DNA of 63,529 bases, filler included, from Globobulimina sp. (GCA_003354225.1; 11 parts of 11 records of this genome joined end to end with filler, not necessarily neighbours in it); one strand, 5' to 3'; counted from the whole stretch's first letter, positions 34,753 to 46,316 are shown. Notes: generated by a model not told the origin, from the sequence alone. A program made the numbers and translations.

Positions 34753-37700
34753 CACCATTGATAAACACCTAATACTAAGAACTGGCGGCCCTAATAAAGA
34801 ACTATTAAAAATACACGACAAAATAATAAAAAAGTCTACGAAATACCTCAAAAAATTTGCAGCAAATATAAATCAACCTCACACTAAAAATGAGCGGAAA
34901 TTTATCTCCCACATCACCTCCATCACCACCGCCTATATACTACATCTTGCATCAATTAAAGCATTCGGTTTGGCGGACTTTAACACTACGAATAAATGGT
35001 CGACGCTGTCACGTAAACAAATCACTTTGAACATAAAACAGAGATTACTAATGAACACAAATAATAATACTAATGAGGGTAAAAAACTAATGGCTGAGGC
35101 TGAGGCTGAATATATACAAAATAAACAAAACACATTGACGCAAAATACCATAAAATTCAGCAATCTCAACCATTCCAGCAAACTGAAGACATTTAAAACA
35201 TACAATAAAAATAAGGACTTTATATTGGATGAGCCCTTCTTAAATTATAATAATACCATAATGAATAAAAACGAAGCGTTATCACAGTTCTTCTGCAAAA
35301 TAAATGGTCCCATAGATGATCCTAATGATAATCCCCAAATAAATAATATAAACGATTTCCAAAAAGTACTTGATATGCCGTTAAATAGCTCCTTGACTTT
35401 CATCCCCCAGATACCGACAGAAAACGACCTAGAAACTGCTTGCCAAACATCACCAACTCCTATATTTACAAATATTGACATGAATGTAGAATATAAAGAG
35501 GAGCCCAATTATGACCCCAATTATGTCCCAATAACACAACCAATAATGAATGAATTATATGCACTGGAACACAGTGACCAGGATTATGACAGTGATAATG
35601 ACGTAATCATAAACATGCCCTCCCAAACCCCGCACACTCCGCCAATCCGTACTGATCTTGTCGAGAGCGATGAAAAAAAGGAAGTTGCGGATGCCCCAAC
35701 CTGCCATAACAACATAAACATGAATAAAAAGGCCAAATATCACTCCGTTGAGTTGGCCATTTCCTATGCGAATCAAAATAGTGCCCCAGGATATGATGGG
35801 ATAAAATCTGTACACCTTAAAACCAACGGACACTCCATAAACGAACTATTATGTACAATGTTCAACGTCTGGAACAAATCATTCTTAATTCCATATTATT
35901 GGAGGCTCGGCACTGTGATACCAATATTAAAAACAAAAGATGGTGATACGCCAAACCAATACAGACCCATTACATTACTGCCTATTATATTTAAAACTTA
36001 TGAAAGACTAATCCTCTGGGAAATGAGTATAAAACACAAATTCAGAAAAAACCTACATACACTACAAGGCGGTAACAGGTCCAGAAGAGGGGTGCCGGAG
36101 CAGATTGGTTGTATCAATTTGATTGCTGAGACTGCCAAAATGAGAGAGATTCCCCTTTATTGTGCCCTCCTTGACATCCGAAAGGCATTTGACACAGTGT
36201 GGAGGAAAGGGCTCCTCTACAAATTAAATAACCAATTTAAAATACCACTAAATCTCTGCAAAATAATTCGGGCGATCTATGATAACTCGCAGTCTGCCAT
36301 CAGAGATCTACCCTTCATAACAAATAAATTCATACTCCATAATGGTGTGCTGCAAGGATCAGTACTCTCCCCTGTCCTCTATGCAGCATTTCTTAATGAT
36401 TTGATTGAAGAATTACAAAACTCAGCATGTGGTGCTGCCTCACCTGACCCCAATGAGCCGATTGCATGCACTTTCTATGCCGATGATATCATACTTACCG
36501 CAAACAAAATCTCCCACTTAAATAAGCTGTTGAAAATATGCCAGAGCCATAGCAACCACTGGAAATATAGCTTCAACAACAAAAAATCTAAAACAATTAT
36601 ATACAATGACAATACCCTGAATTATAATGACAATATAAATACTTACAACATGAATGACATAATGTTAATAAATCACGAATATCATAATATAAATGCGATA
36701 CAAAATAACAAACCCGCCCCAATGATATTAATGCAAAAACCTATAAATAATAAAATAATGGCAATAAACATATACAATAAACTGCAGACTTATAATATTG
36801 ATGATATTCCACACAAACATTTACAACGCTTTTTGGATCATGTCAAATTCTATGGCGATATAACCAATAAACCATACCCAATAATGTGGGATAATATTCG
36901 TTACGATCGTGGATTTGCGCCGTCTGTAATGCATCTAAAGCTGCGACTGAATGGAAAAAGCCTGCACTGCACAACATTTATAAGATATCTTGGTGCTATG
37001 TTGTGCAGCTACGACAACACCAACTTGGTGTCGACGGAGTATACGAATGCAGTGTTTCTGAAAAAACTTGACTCAAAAGCTCACATTTTAGCGACTCTGG
37101 ATTTCAATCACATTTATATTTCACTCGCAGACAAAATACAAATACTAAAGACTTTCTATCTAGTCTACACAGAAATATTTGCCCAAATTCTTGATTGTGA
37201 CAAAATAAAACTGAAACAAGCCACAGACAAACAACTACAAACAATTTATACACAAACAAAAATTAAAAATTTCGTCCCGGCACAACTTTACCTTTGGGCA
37301 GGAATCCCCACACCATACGAACGTTGGGTATCGCTAAAAATCTCCTTTTATTGGAAACTAATAAAAGGAGGGAACATCTCCATGATGCATCAATGGGCAA
37401 AGCTCTCCCATATCCATCACCATAAACTCTTCAAACAATACATTGATTTAAAAAATAAATGGTTGCCGCCGATACGCCTTTCCACAAACAACAACATTAC
37501 ATGGATTGATCCCTTTGACTCCGTTTCCCATTCACATGAACTAAAACCATTAATTGTTAAAAATCAACACATCCAAATCATCAATGCATTAAACCACTAT
37601 CATCCGATCAAAATCCTAAATCATGTCACTGATAACTATAAACCAATGAACTGCTATGAACTTAATGAATTGGCTGATTATGTAAAGAATGACATGATAG

Positions 37701-38917
37701 ATGTTTACCGTGAGATATTCTATAATTTTAACACCAAAAATAATTACTGTCATCTTTGTCACTCCCAAACCAATGTCCCTATTGAATATCATTTAGCAGT
37801 GCTTTGCCCAAACCTAAATATCCTAAGACATGAATACTGGAACCATGCATCTGCAACATTTGCAAAAAGCGGCGCAACAATCAACAAAATACACCATCAT
37901 CTGTACATGCAAAGATTGATCGAACTATGCCAAAATGTCAATACACAAAAAGTCCAATTCTGGAATGTCCTCTGTGGTGCTAATATATTTAATACTGACA
38001 CCAATAAGTTTGCCTACACACACAAACAAATAAACATAAACACAAATAAACATACTTTATACAAAGAAGTAGTCTCCCAAACGCACCGATGGCTCACCCA
38101 CACACTTGACATAAACAGCGGTAATAGCACCATAAGACGTATCCGATCCAAGCACAATTTAGTCCCCTCAAAAATGATAATATTTCACACACGCAATGAT
38201 AACTTCCATGAATGGAGATACTACCAACATAAAATCAACGCCAATGACCTCATAATTGCCACTGATTCTTCACGCGATCCACAAACAAACACAGCAGGCA
38301 TAGGCATCTGTATCATCGATGGAAACAGAATACACTGCTTTGCGCAACCTATTGGGCCCCAATCCAATCATTATGGCGAACTCTATGCTATCCACAAATC
38401 GCAATTTCTCATCAATTACTGCAACATAAATATTTCCAATCGAAGAATCCTAATATTTACAGATTCCTTATTTAATTTCCTCCCCCTTATAATCACTCCA
38501 AAATATTCAAACAAGAAACCATTATCCATCCTATTCAAAAATACACAAAATTATATCAAACGCAATAAAATCATATTATGGAAAGTGAAATCACATACCC
38601 AACCCCACCAACAACCGTTTAATATGATTGCAGACATCCTAGCAGACATTGGTCGACAACATCCACGCAACTCCAATCTCATCACAACAAACTACAATTC
38701 AATCAGATACGCCAAATACAAATCCTTTCTCTATCCACAGGGTATTATACCCAATGACCTTTATTCTCTCGCCGGGATGTTCAAGCAATCGGTGAGCATG
38801 GAGCCAGACTTAGATCCTGGCTGAATGTTCCCCCACTACTATACAATCTACAAAATAAAATGATATATACGATGTAAAAGAAATAAAATTGCAAACAATA
38901 AGATGAAAAATAAATAA
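34753..38917 (+). mobile_element. Non-LTR retrotransposon (5' truncated at contig edge) with an A-rich 3' end
   Basis: Intronless RT-RNase H ORF open from the contig start, followed by a short A-rich tract at 38851-38917. Confidence 0.85.
34754..38824 (+). CDS. Retrotransposon polyprotein: RT, CCHC zinc knuckle, RNase H
   Basis: APGYDGI, YRPITLL, QGGNR, LDIRKAFDTV, GVLQGSVLSP, YADD, RYLG; CHLC...H....CP; RNase H IATDSS / GELYAI / IFTDS / KVKSH / NMIADILA. Confidence 0.92.
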   Translation, partial: TIDKHLILRTGGPNKELLKIHDKIIKKSTKYLKKFAANINQPHTKNERKFISHITSITTAYILHLASIKAFGLADFNTTNKWSTLSRKQITLNIKQRLLMNTNNNTNEGKKLMAEAEAEYIQNKQNTLTQNTIKFSNLNHSSKLKTFKTYNKNKDFILDEPFLNYNNTIMNKNEALSQFFCKINGPIDDPNDNPQINNINDFQKVLDMPLNSSLTFIPQIPTENDLETACQTSPTPIFTNIDMNVEYKEEPNYDPNYVPITQPIMNELYALEHSDQDYDSDNDVIINMPSQTPHTPPIRTDLVESDEKKEVADAPTCHNNINMNKKAKYHSVELAISYANQNSAPGYDGIKSVHLKTNGHSINELLCTMFNVWNKSFLIPYYWRLGTVIPILKTKDGDTPNQYRPITLLPIIFKTYERLILWEMSIKHKFRKNLHTLQGGNRSRRGVPEQIGCINLIAETAKMREIPLYCALLDIRKAFDTVWRKGLLYKLNNQFKIPLNLCKIIRAIYDNSQSAIRDLPFITNKFILHNGVLQGSVLSPVLYAAFLNDLIEELQNSACGAASPDPNEPIACTFYADDIILTANKISHLNKLLKICQSHSNHWKYSFNNKKSKTIIYNDNTLNYNDNINTYNMNDIMLINHEYHNINAIQNNKPAPMILMQKPINNKIMAINIYNKLQTYNIDDIPHKHLQRFLDHVKFYGDITNKPYPIMWDNIRYDRGFAPSVMHLKLRLNGKSLHCTTFIRYLGAMLCSYDNTNLVSTEYTNAVFLKKLDSKAHILATLDFNHIYISLADKIQILKTFYLVYTEIFAQILDCDKIKLKQATDKQLQTIYTQTKIKNFVPAQLYLWAGIPTPYERWVSLKISFYWKLIKGGNISMMHQWAKLSHIHHHKLFKQYIDLKNKWLPPIRLSTNNNITWIDPFDSVSHSHELKPLIVKNQHIQIINALNHYHPIKILNHVTDNYKPMNCYELNELADYVKNDMIDVYREIFYNFNTKNNYCHLCHSQTNVPIEYHLAVLCPNLNILRHEYWNHASATFAKSGATINKIHHHLYMQRLIELCQNVNTQKVQFWNVLCGANIFNTDTNKFAYTHKQININTNKHTLYKEVVSQTHRWLTHTLDINSGNSTIRRIRSKHNLVPSKMIIFHTRNDNFHEWRYYQHKINANDLIIATDSSRDPQTNTAGIGICIIDGNRIHCFAQPIGPQSNHYGELYAIHKSQFLINYCNINISNRRILIFTDSLFNFLPLIITPKYSNKKPLSILFKNTQNYIKRNKIILWKVKSHTQPHQQPFNMIADILADIGRQHPRNSNLITTNYNSIRYAKYKSFLYPQGIIPNDLYSLAGMFKQSVSMEPDLDPG

Positions 38918-39269
38918 CCATGGAAATGCACCTAATCAGTCATCATTGTGAATGAAAGAAAAGGGAAGAAATGGCTGAAATGATCTGTATTGGAGGAAGA
39001 ACAAACAATATGTGTATAAGATAAAAATAGATATGCACAAGAATAAAAATTGATTGGTTGATCTATTAATTCGGGGCGGAATCATCCTTTTTCTTTTTAT
39101 TGATGTTCCGCTTGTTTTTTGCCGCCTTTTCACATGGACCTTGTTTTCGATTTTCTCAAATATAAATTGATAATTTGCTTGATTTTGTATCTTTGTGGTT
39201 ATTGATCGTATGCAATTGTAACTTTGTACTAATCATATTTGGTTTATTTGCTGTGTTTGTGTGTCATTA

Positions 39270-40372
39270 TTTTTCACCGGGAGGTTTTTAAAACTGTTAT
39301 TTTGGGTATCAAATTAAATCACCTACCTCCACTATACCTCCACTTAGTCAACTACCACAACATGGCGTCTTTGCCTCTAAAGTGAAGACGACGTAATCTT
39401 ATGCAGTCACAAGTCCATGGACCAATGCTATGGCAATTTAAGAGACCTGGAAATGGTGTGGATGGGCAAAACATACTCATTGGAACAAAATACTCATTGT
39501 AATCTGCGAGGATTTGATAATATCAAGTGCATGGATTTTTTTTACAATTTATTTGTTTTGTTTTGTTTACAATTTGTGATGTGTTTACTGTGTTTGCGAT
39601 GTAGTGTTTGTGGTGACAGATGGCAGAGGCTACAGGTAAATAATGTACCTACTCGATTTTTGACGATACGGTGCAGTTTCGCGAGGATTGGCGACTAAAT
39701 TGTGGAGGAGATTGTCAGTGGAGGTATGGTGGAGGTAGAAATTGGTGAAAATTGGATTTTTAAAAACAGTTTCGTGAAATTTTTTTTTGATAGAAATATG
39801 CAGAATTGAATTAGAAATATTACGCACCAGAAAGAATTTAGATTGCATCATTATTGCGAATGTTATGGTCATTTTGATTTTTCAGATTAGCACATTCTAT
39901 TGGACAAAATCCAAAGCCTCTGCCATCTGTCACCACAAACACTACATCGCAAACACACTAAACACATCACAAATTGTAAACAAAACAAAACAAAACAAAT
40001 AAATTGTAAAAAAAATCCATGCACTTGATATTATCAAAACAATGAGTATTTTGTTCCAATGAGTATGGACTTGTGACTGCATAAGATTACGTCGTCTTCT
40101 CTTTCGAGGCAAAGACGCCATGTTGACTCACATCGACATTGTTTTGAGATTTGTCATTATAATGTACCAATATCACCATTTTTCGAATTTCATCGTTCTT
40201 GGTCGTAAAACTTTAATACTTTCAAACAATCATAATTAGTATATATGCTATACCTGTGCACTGCTATGAGGTTCTAGAACTGCTTGCAAGCCGGTATACC
40301 TTCAGTTTTTGCAATATTGGAGGTAAGTGGAGGTAGATGTCAATTTTTTTTAAACTCGCCGGGACAATTTTT
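39270..40372. repeat. Nested inverted-repeat structure, possibly two oppositely oriented MITE-like copies
   Basis: 39358-39631 is the reverse complement of 39915-40124 apart from indels; a CTACCTCCAC..ACCTCCA motif occurs forward at about 39323 and inverted at about 39718 and 40319. Confidence 0.8.
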
Positions 40373-40434
40373 TTTTCTGGATTAGCTGTAGAATTCAATT
40401 ATACACATTTAGCACCCAAAAGAATTTAAATAGC

Positions 40435-40534
40435 NNNNNNNNNNNNNNNNNNNNNNNNNNNNNNNNNNNNNNNNNNNNTTAATTAATTAANNNNNNNNNN
40501 NNNNNNNNNNNNNNNNNNNNNNNNNNNNNNNNNN
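40435..40534. other. Artificial contig linker
   Basis: N44-TTAATTAATTAA-N44. Confidence 0.99.
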
Positions 40535-42735
40535 TATATATATTTTTTCGATGTAACCCTGCTATCACTGCTCCACCCACCGCTCTTCACTTTGGCATTC
40601 TCATAAATGGTGCAAATATCCGCTAAATTCTCATCACAGATCATCACACTGAACTTGCTCAATAAGGCGCAGCGTTTATAATGCGGCCGATCCCAATGCA
40701 CAAACTTGATGGGAAACCGCGTCGGAATCTGCAACTCGTGCACGACTTTCTTACTGTTCACGTCAAACAAGGTCATAAACTCCGCACTCCGCAATATCAA
40801 CCGATTGATGCCGCCCTCAAATATATAATTCACGTTGCGCTCACTCATTTTGATCTTTTTTTTGCTGACATTCTCCATGTTCTTCAACATAATCTCGCCA
40901 TCCCCACCCAACACGGCAAACCTATTCCGTGTCACAAACGCCACACTCTGCCCATTGGTACGATTATTGCTCGACTTATTATTGCCTTTCTTGTCCATCA
41001 CATACAACTCATACTCGCTCTCCTCGCTCTTACCACCCTCACTGCTCACACTATCGTAATACATCAAAATATTAATCTCCTGTTCAGAAACACAAAAACG
41101 TATTTACATATTGCTATACTTCTACACATAAAAAGAAACATCAAACAGTACCTTACTACTCCGGTTATACGGATTATACAACAAAAAGCGCGGCCGTTTG
41201 TTGCGTTTGCTACTGCCGCCGCCGACACTCGATATGGATTTGTCGCCATGCGCATGCATGTTGGCCCTCGACGGCATCAACGCTTTGTCATTCTGCGTAT
41301 TTATATTATAACAACGAATGTAGCCGTCGGCGAAATAATAGATGCTCTCCGGCGGCATATAATAAAACGCCGGCCGTTCCCGACTTAATTTGAATATCAA
41401 CATTCCATTATCATGCCCGGCGGCCAACAAATTGAGCCTGGGATGCGCCGCTAAGATCCAATAGCGATCGTTATCTCTGCGAAATGCCAGAGGGGGATGG
41501 TTGCGGCTGACGTCCCAAACGCGCAACGTCTTATCCTCGGAATTAGAAATGATTATATTCTCCTTGGCGTGGAACAATACGCACGAGACGTTGTTCAAAT
41601 GTCCGCGGTAAGTGGTGGTCTCCCACGCACGGCTCCCGCTCATGCGCCACACTTTGATTTCGCGGTCGTCCGCGCCGCTCACCACCAGCGACATGGTGGG
41701 ATGGAAGGCGGCCCAGTTCACGCCGCGAGAGTGCCCTTCCAACACGAACTTGACCACAGCGTCCACGTTGCCAAACACATCGCTGTTGCCGGTGGCACCG
41801 TTGCCGCCCGAACTGCTGCTGCTGCCGCCATAGCCGCCGCTGCTGCTCGCGCCGAATGTGCTGGCTAGACTGCCGCCGGCGGTCGACATGTCGTCTACGA
41901 TGGACGTGGAACGTTTGCGTAAACCGCTGATGTCCCAGACACGGATGGTCTGATCCAACGAGGCGGATAAGATCAAGTCTTCCGTGGCATGCCACTGTGC
42001 GCACATTACGTAGTGGTTATGCTGTGTATTTGTTTTGTTCAGTGCGGGGTTATGGACTTATCCCGGCACAGTGTGTGTTTGTGAGGGGAGGGACAGTGTA
42101 CATACGCCGGTTAATACTAATAAGCAAGTACGAGATTGCCAGTTCCAAATGCGGACAGTTTGGTCGTCGCTGGCGGATAAGACCCACGGATATTGGTTGG
42201 GATGGAAGTAGACCGTGCGGATATAATCGAGATGACCTGTTGTTTTATATATTGGTTGGTTGGGTTGGGTTGGATTAGGTGTACGTGGTTGCGGTACCGT
42301 GTAAGGTGAAAAGGCATCGACGGTTTTGATAATTCCAGACTTTGACTTTGTAGTCATCGCCACCGGAGACGAAGAGTGGCTGTGTTTTGTGGAAATCGAT
42401 GCCGCGGACGGGGCCTTTGTGTGTTGTGTAAGTATGATTTGTTTTTGGTGTTGACGTGTTTTTTTATTTTATTTTATTATTGGGTTTGGTGTTGGATACC
42501 TTCATGTTCTTCAAATGATTCTAAGAGTATCTCCATCCTATAATCATATAATTGAATGATGCCATTGTGTAATGAGGCTAAGATCCATGGACCTGTGGGG
42601 TTAATAAATGTGTGGTTGTTGGTAGGTTGGTCCATGCGATATGTGTTAACAACGGCACATACGATGTGGATGAAAGGCTAAACCCTTTACTCTATTGGTT
42701 TTTGCATCAAATTTGCGTAATAGATCCAATTCCAT
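40535..42735 (-). CDS. COPA: Coatomer subunit alpha, N-terminal WD40 part (multi-exon, 3' truncated)
   Basis: [97 protein letters not shown]. Confidence 0.96.
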
Positions 42736-42909
42736 TCTTTGTTTGTGGTATTGCTCAGTTTTCGTTACCTGAAAACGTTTTTGTAACACTCTGTTATTTC
42801 GATGATGACCAGATTTGAATAGCTATATGAACAAAAAAGCAAAAATAATAATCATATTAAACAACAGCAGCTCAAAAAAATAATATATAATAAAAATATT
42901 TACAATTTG

Positions 42910-44571
42910 TTATTTATTTTTCCACAATTTAACGAACTCTGAATATAATAAAGTCATTTGATATCTGGAGAATGACGCACTTAATAAACCATGCATTTGA
43001 GAACAACAAGGATCAAAAAGAAGATATAAAAATTTTAATATTTTTTGCGGTGTATTTTTTTGTTTCGTTGTTACAAATTTTGTATAATTGATCCATTCGC
43101 CAATATCACCCATCATATTATTTAATTTTGATCTTTCAGCAAAACTGATATTAATTTCAAATGATGCCGCGGAACATATATATTTTTTATATAAACCATA
43201 TGCACGGATAATAAATTCAATTTTTTTTGCTTCAAACGTTGCAGTAACACCATCGATATAAAATTGATGTTCTGCATCCAATTCGCCATAAACAATATGC
43301 GATTGCGGCATATTTTTGCTGTCGCGCTGATATTCGAGCATTAATGCCGTATCCCAGCTGTCCTCGTTATTATTGTTTTCCTTATAATACTCATAGACAG
43401 ATTCTTTAAATTGCGTCATTTCCAACAACGATAATAATATCTCAATGCTAAACTCTTTTTTAAGATGAAACATAAACGAATCAAAGCCGTGTTCATCTCG
43501 CAATACATGATTCATACTACATTTGTTTTTATGCGTTTCTATATCGGCCCTTTCCATCATTTCTATCTCTGTATTCTCGAATGTTTCCGATGCAACGCGC
43601 GAAGGTGTTGATGCCGCATTGGCATTGATGGAGATCTGATATTCAATATTCAATGCTGATGCTACTTTGTTACCAAGTAAATGTTTTGAAGCGGACAGCC
43701 ATTTTTCGTTTTTTTTAATCACAAATAACGTTGATACCAATATACAAAGCATGTACATTGTAATGAATGCAAAACAAGAAAATAAGCGAAGTGTTAATTT
43801 AATATTTTTATCGTGAAATATGAAGGAAAAAGACTCAATAATTACAAATACGGACAGACCGAATATGGATAATAATATCAGATAACGTAGTTCTTGATGA
43901 ATGAAAAAAATATCGCCATATTTTGGGGTTTTGCAGTATATGACACCCGTAAATATAATACAACATAATGAACAAAATATAGTGCTCATTCCAACGGATA
44001 GTTCTCTTAATCGTTTATTTTCTAAAAATATAAAATGTAAAATAATCGCGTTTAAGGTGACAAATATGTTTATAATAATTATATATTTTCGCCAATATTT
44101 ATAATTACCATATTTGTTTTTATTTAAAATGAACCAATTATTACTTGCATACATTGTATTTGATTGGATTGGATTAATAATTTTTTTCCATTCCTCTGAA
44201 TCGATTTGATTCGAATATTGTATGATATAATAATTCATGTAACATCTCCATACAAATGACATTGCGCTGTAAAATGAAAATAATACGGCTGGCAATGAAA
44301 AATAAGTGTCAATTGTATTTCTATGGGGTACAATTGTGGTGCCCCAAATTAATAACAATGGCTGTAAAACGCATATAACGGTGAGGGATGTTGCTGCCAT
44401 ATACAAATTTATCTCAGAATAATGTTTTTTTAATATTACATGATTACGATGCACGAAATATTTATGAATTCCATACAAGCATAATGGCAAATAAATAGCA
44501 ACACCGATTATTAAAAATATCACAGCACAAACAGCACTCGAATTATTTAGTTTTGAAGCGAAACCATCCAT
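42910..44571 (-). CDS. 7TM-RGS protein
   Basis: Seven hydrophobic helices, then RGS signature GFDSFMFHLKKEFSIEILL...LYKKYI...FEINIS...SFSRY. Confidence 0.85.
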   Translation of the reverse strand: MDGFASKLNNSSAVCAVIFLIIGVAIYLPLCLYGIHKYFVHRNHVILKKHYSEINLYMAATSLTVICVLQPLLLIWGTTIVPHRNTIDTYFSLPAVLFSFYSAMSFVWRCYMNYYIIQYSNQIDSEEWKKIINPIQSNTMYASNNWFILNKNKYGNYKYWRKYIIIINIFVTLNAIILHFIFLENKRLRELSVGMSTIFCSLCCIIFTGVIYCKTPKYGDIFFIHQELRYLILLSIFGLSVFVIIESFSFIFHDKNIKLTLRLFSCFAFITMYMLCILVSTLFVIKKNEKWLSASKHLLGNKVASALNIEYQISINANAASTPSRVASETFENTEIEMMERADIETHKNKCSMNHVLRDEHGFDSFMFHLKKEFSIEILLSLLEMTQFKESVYEYYKENNNNEDSWDTALMLEYQRDSKNMPQSHIVYGELDAEHQFYIDGVTATFEAKKIEFIIRAYGLYKKYICSAASFEINISFAERSKLNNMMGDIGEWINYTKFVTTKQKNTPQKILKFLYLLFDPCCSQMHGLLSASFSRYQMTLLYSEFVKLWKNK

Positions 44572-44656
44572 TCAATAACTGGAGTCGAAGCACCCCTTTT
44601 TGATAAAAGCACTGCAAGTCTGCAAGCAAGCAAGTGATGTAACAAATGTTCAATGT

Positions 44657-46102
44657 TTAGTTGGTTGAATAGATATTGATGAAACTCTCTCGTTTTGCCA
44701 CAAACTGGGGATAATCAGGTACGTATCCAAAGCATTGATAATCTTGATAATAATACTCGACAATATCATTATAAATTTGTTGGTCAATATAATACCAAAT
44801 TGGCGGTAGAATATCATTCATATCAAAATCATCTCTATGCCTATTATTAACATAATATTCATAGATTTTATGCAACCCTAAATGCTCAATAAAATCACTA
44901 AATCGATCATAATCCTTATCCCACGACATTGGACTTTTCCATCCAAAGCCAACATTCTTTTTCTTTTCATGTTTCTTTTTATTTTTATCATCAAATATAA
45001 CATCAGAATTATTCCTGAAAAATGCACTGCAAATACTCACCAATTCACTCCAATGTTGTCGTATTCTCTCTTGTTTCCCAATAAAATGCAATTTCGATTT
45101 TAATGCACCAAAATATATGGATAAAATTTCTGTTTGTGATTGAATGTGATCAATTTGCCATAATCTGGTAAAACCATATGGATCGGAGATCAATTCCTTT
45201 ACAAACATTTTAAATCTATTTGGCTCACCTTTAATCAGTGCAAATTTAACAAGTTTGTGTCTTTTACGATGATCAAAGTCTAGCTCATATCTTCTAAATG
45301 TTTCATTCTTTATCAGTGCAAACTTCTGCTTCAATTCTATCCACAACAAAGCATTTATTGTATAATAACCGCTTATAAATCTATCAATTGGTTCCCGCAC
45401 AAACGTAAATGAACAATCACTTTGTATCACATTGACTCGCTCATTCACTGCGATTTTATGTCCAACATTTCCATATTTATCATAGCCAAAATAACGATTA
45501 TATTGTTGTAAATATCCTAAAATCGATGTTGAGCCAGATTTTGCAATCATAAAATATATGGGATATATGTCAGTTAACCAGGTCATATTTTGAGGGATTT
45601 CTTGTTTATACACAAGCTTATTTATGGTCATATCATGTGTTCGAATCGCTGACCTTTGATCTGTAGGACAAATACGATGATGTTTGTTTGTTCCATTTAC
45701 AATTCGTTTTGCATTTTCTCGCGTTAATATACCACTAAAATAATGACATCTGACTGTTTTACTTAATAACTGCATGTCTGTCATTCCGTATTTATCAGCT
45801 AAAGCATTCCGACATTTTTTTAATTTAAATGGATTATCGTATAAGGCCGATAAATCATGCGTTTTAGCAGTGTTTTTATGATGTTTTAGCTTAGTTTTGT
45901 TGAATGGCTGTGATTTGTGAATAAAATCTAATGCCAGAATTATATCATTTATATGGCTAACAGTAGTGTTTGAATCTGATAGTTTCTGTATTGATTGAAG
46001 CAGATATATTGTGAGGTAGATGGTTGTAGTGATTAGCATCGCCATTAACAGGCAACACAATATTTTGATAGAACTCCATTTTAGTTTTGTGCGACGTGAC
46101 AT
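44657..46102 (-). CDS. Type II membrane sulfotransferase (Sulfotransfer_2-like)
   Basis: N-terminal TM; YFMIAKSGSTSI; FTFVREPIDRFISGY; HIQSQ; YYQDYQCFGY. Confidence 0.8.
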   Translation of the reverse strand: MSRRTKLKWSSIKILCCLLMAMLITTTIYLTIYLLQSIQKLSDSNTTVSHINDIILALDFIHKSQPFNKTKLKHHKNTAKTHDLSALYDNPFKLKKCRNALADKYGMTDMQLLSKTVRCHYFSGILTRENAKRIVNGTNKHHRICPTDQRSAIRTHDMTINKLVYKQEIPQNMTWLTDIYPIYFMIAKSGSTSILGYLQQYNRYFGYDKYGNVGHKIAVNERVNVIQSDCSFTFVREPIDRFISGYYTINALLWIELKQKFALIKNETFRRYELDFDHRKRHKLVKFALIKGEPNRFKMFVKELISDPYGFTRLWQIDHIQSQTEILSIYFGALKSKLHFIGKQERIRQHWSELVSICSAFFRNNSDVIFDDKNKKKHEKKKNVGFGWKSPMSWDKDYDRFSDFIEHLGLHKIYEYYVNNRHRDDFDMNDILPPIWYYIDQQIYNDIVEYYYQDYQCFGYVPDYPQFVAKRESFINIYSTN

Positions 46103-46216
46103 ATATTACAGTTTTTTATCTTTGCATTTCTCACACACAAATCCGTAAACCATCCTTGCTCTATTTTAGTTACTCCGTACGCAAAAAACATACAGTTGAA
46201 AGTATTAACATACAAA

Positions 46217-46316
46217 NNNNNNNNNNNNNNNNNNNNNNNNNNNNNNNNNNNNNNNNNNNNTTAATTAATTAANNNNNNNNNNNNNNNNNNNNNNNNNNNN
46301 NNNNNNNNNNNNNNNN
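46217..46316. other. Artificial contig linker
   Basis: N44-TTAATTAATTAA-N44. Confidence 0.99.

Noticed and set aside
34754-40124. Retron, DGR or group II intron interpretation of RT plus inverted repeat
   Set aside because: RT motifs (APG.DG, YRPITLL, QGSVLSP), CCHC and RNase H are non-LTR type; no VTG motif, template/variable repeat pair or intron domain V seen
30886-46102. Two sulfotransferases as a biosynthetic cluster
   Set aside because: They lie on different, unlinked contigs
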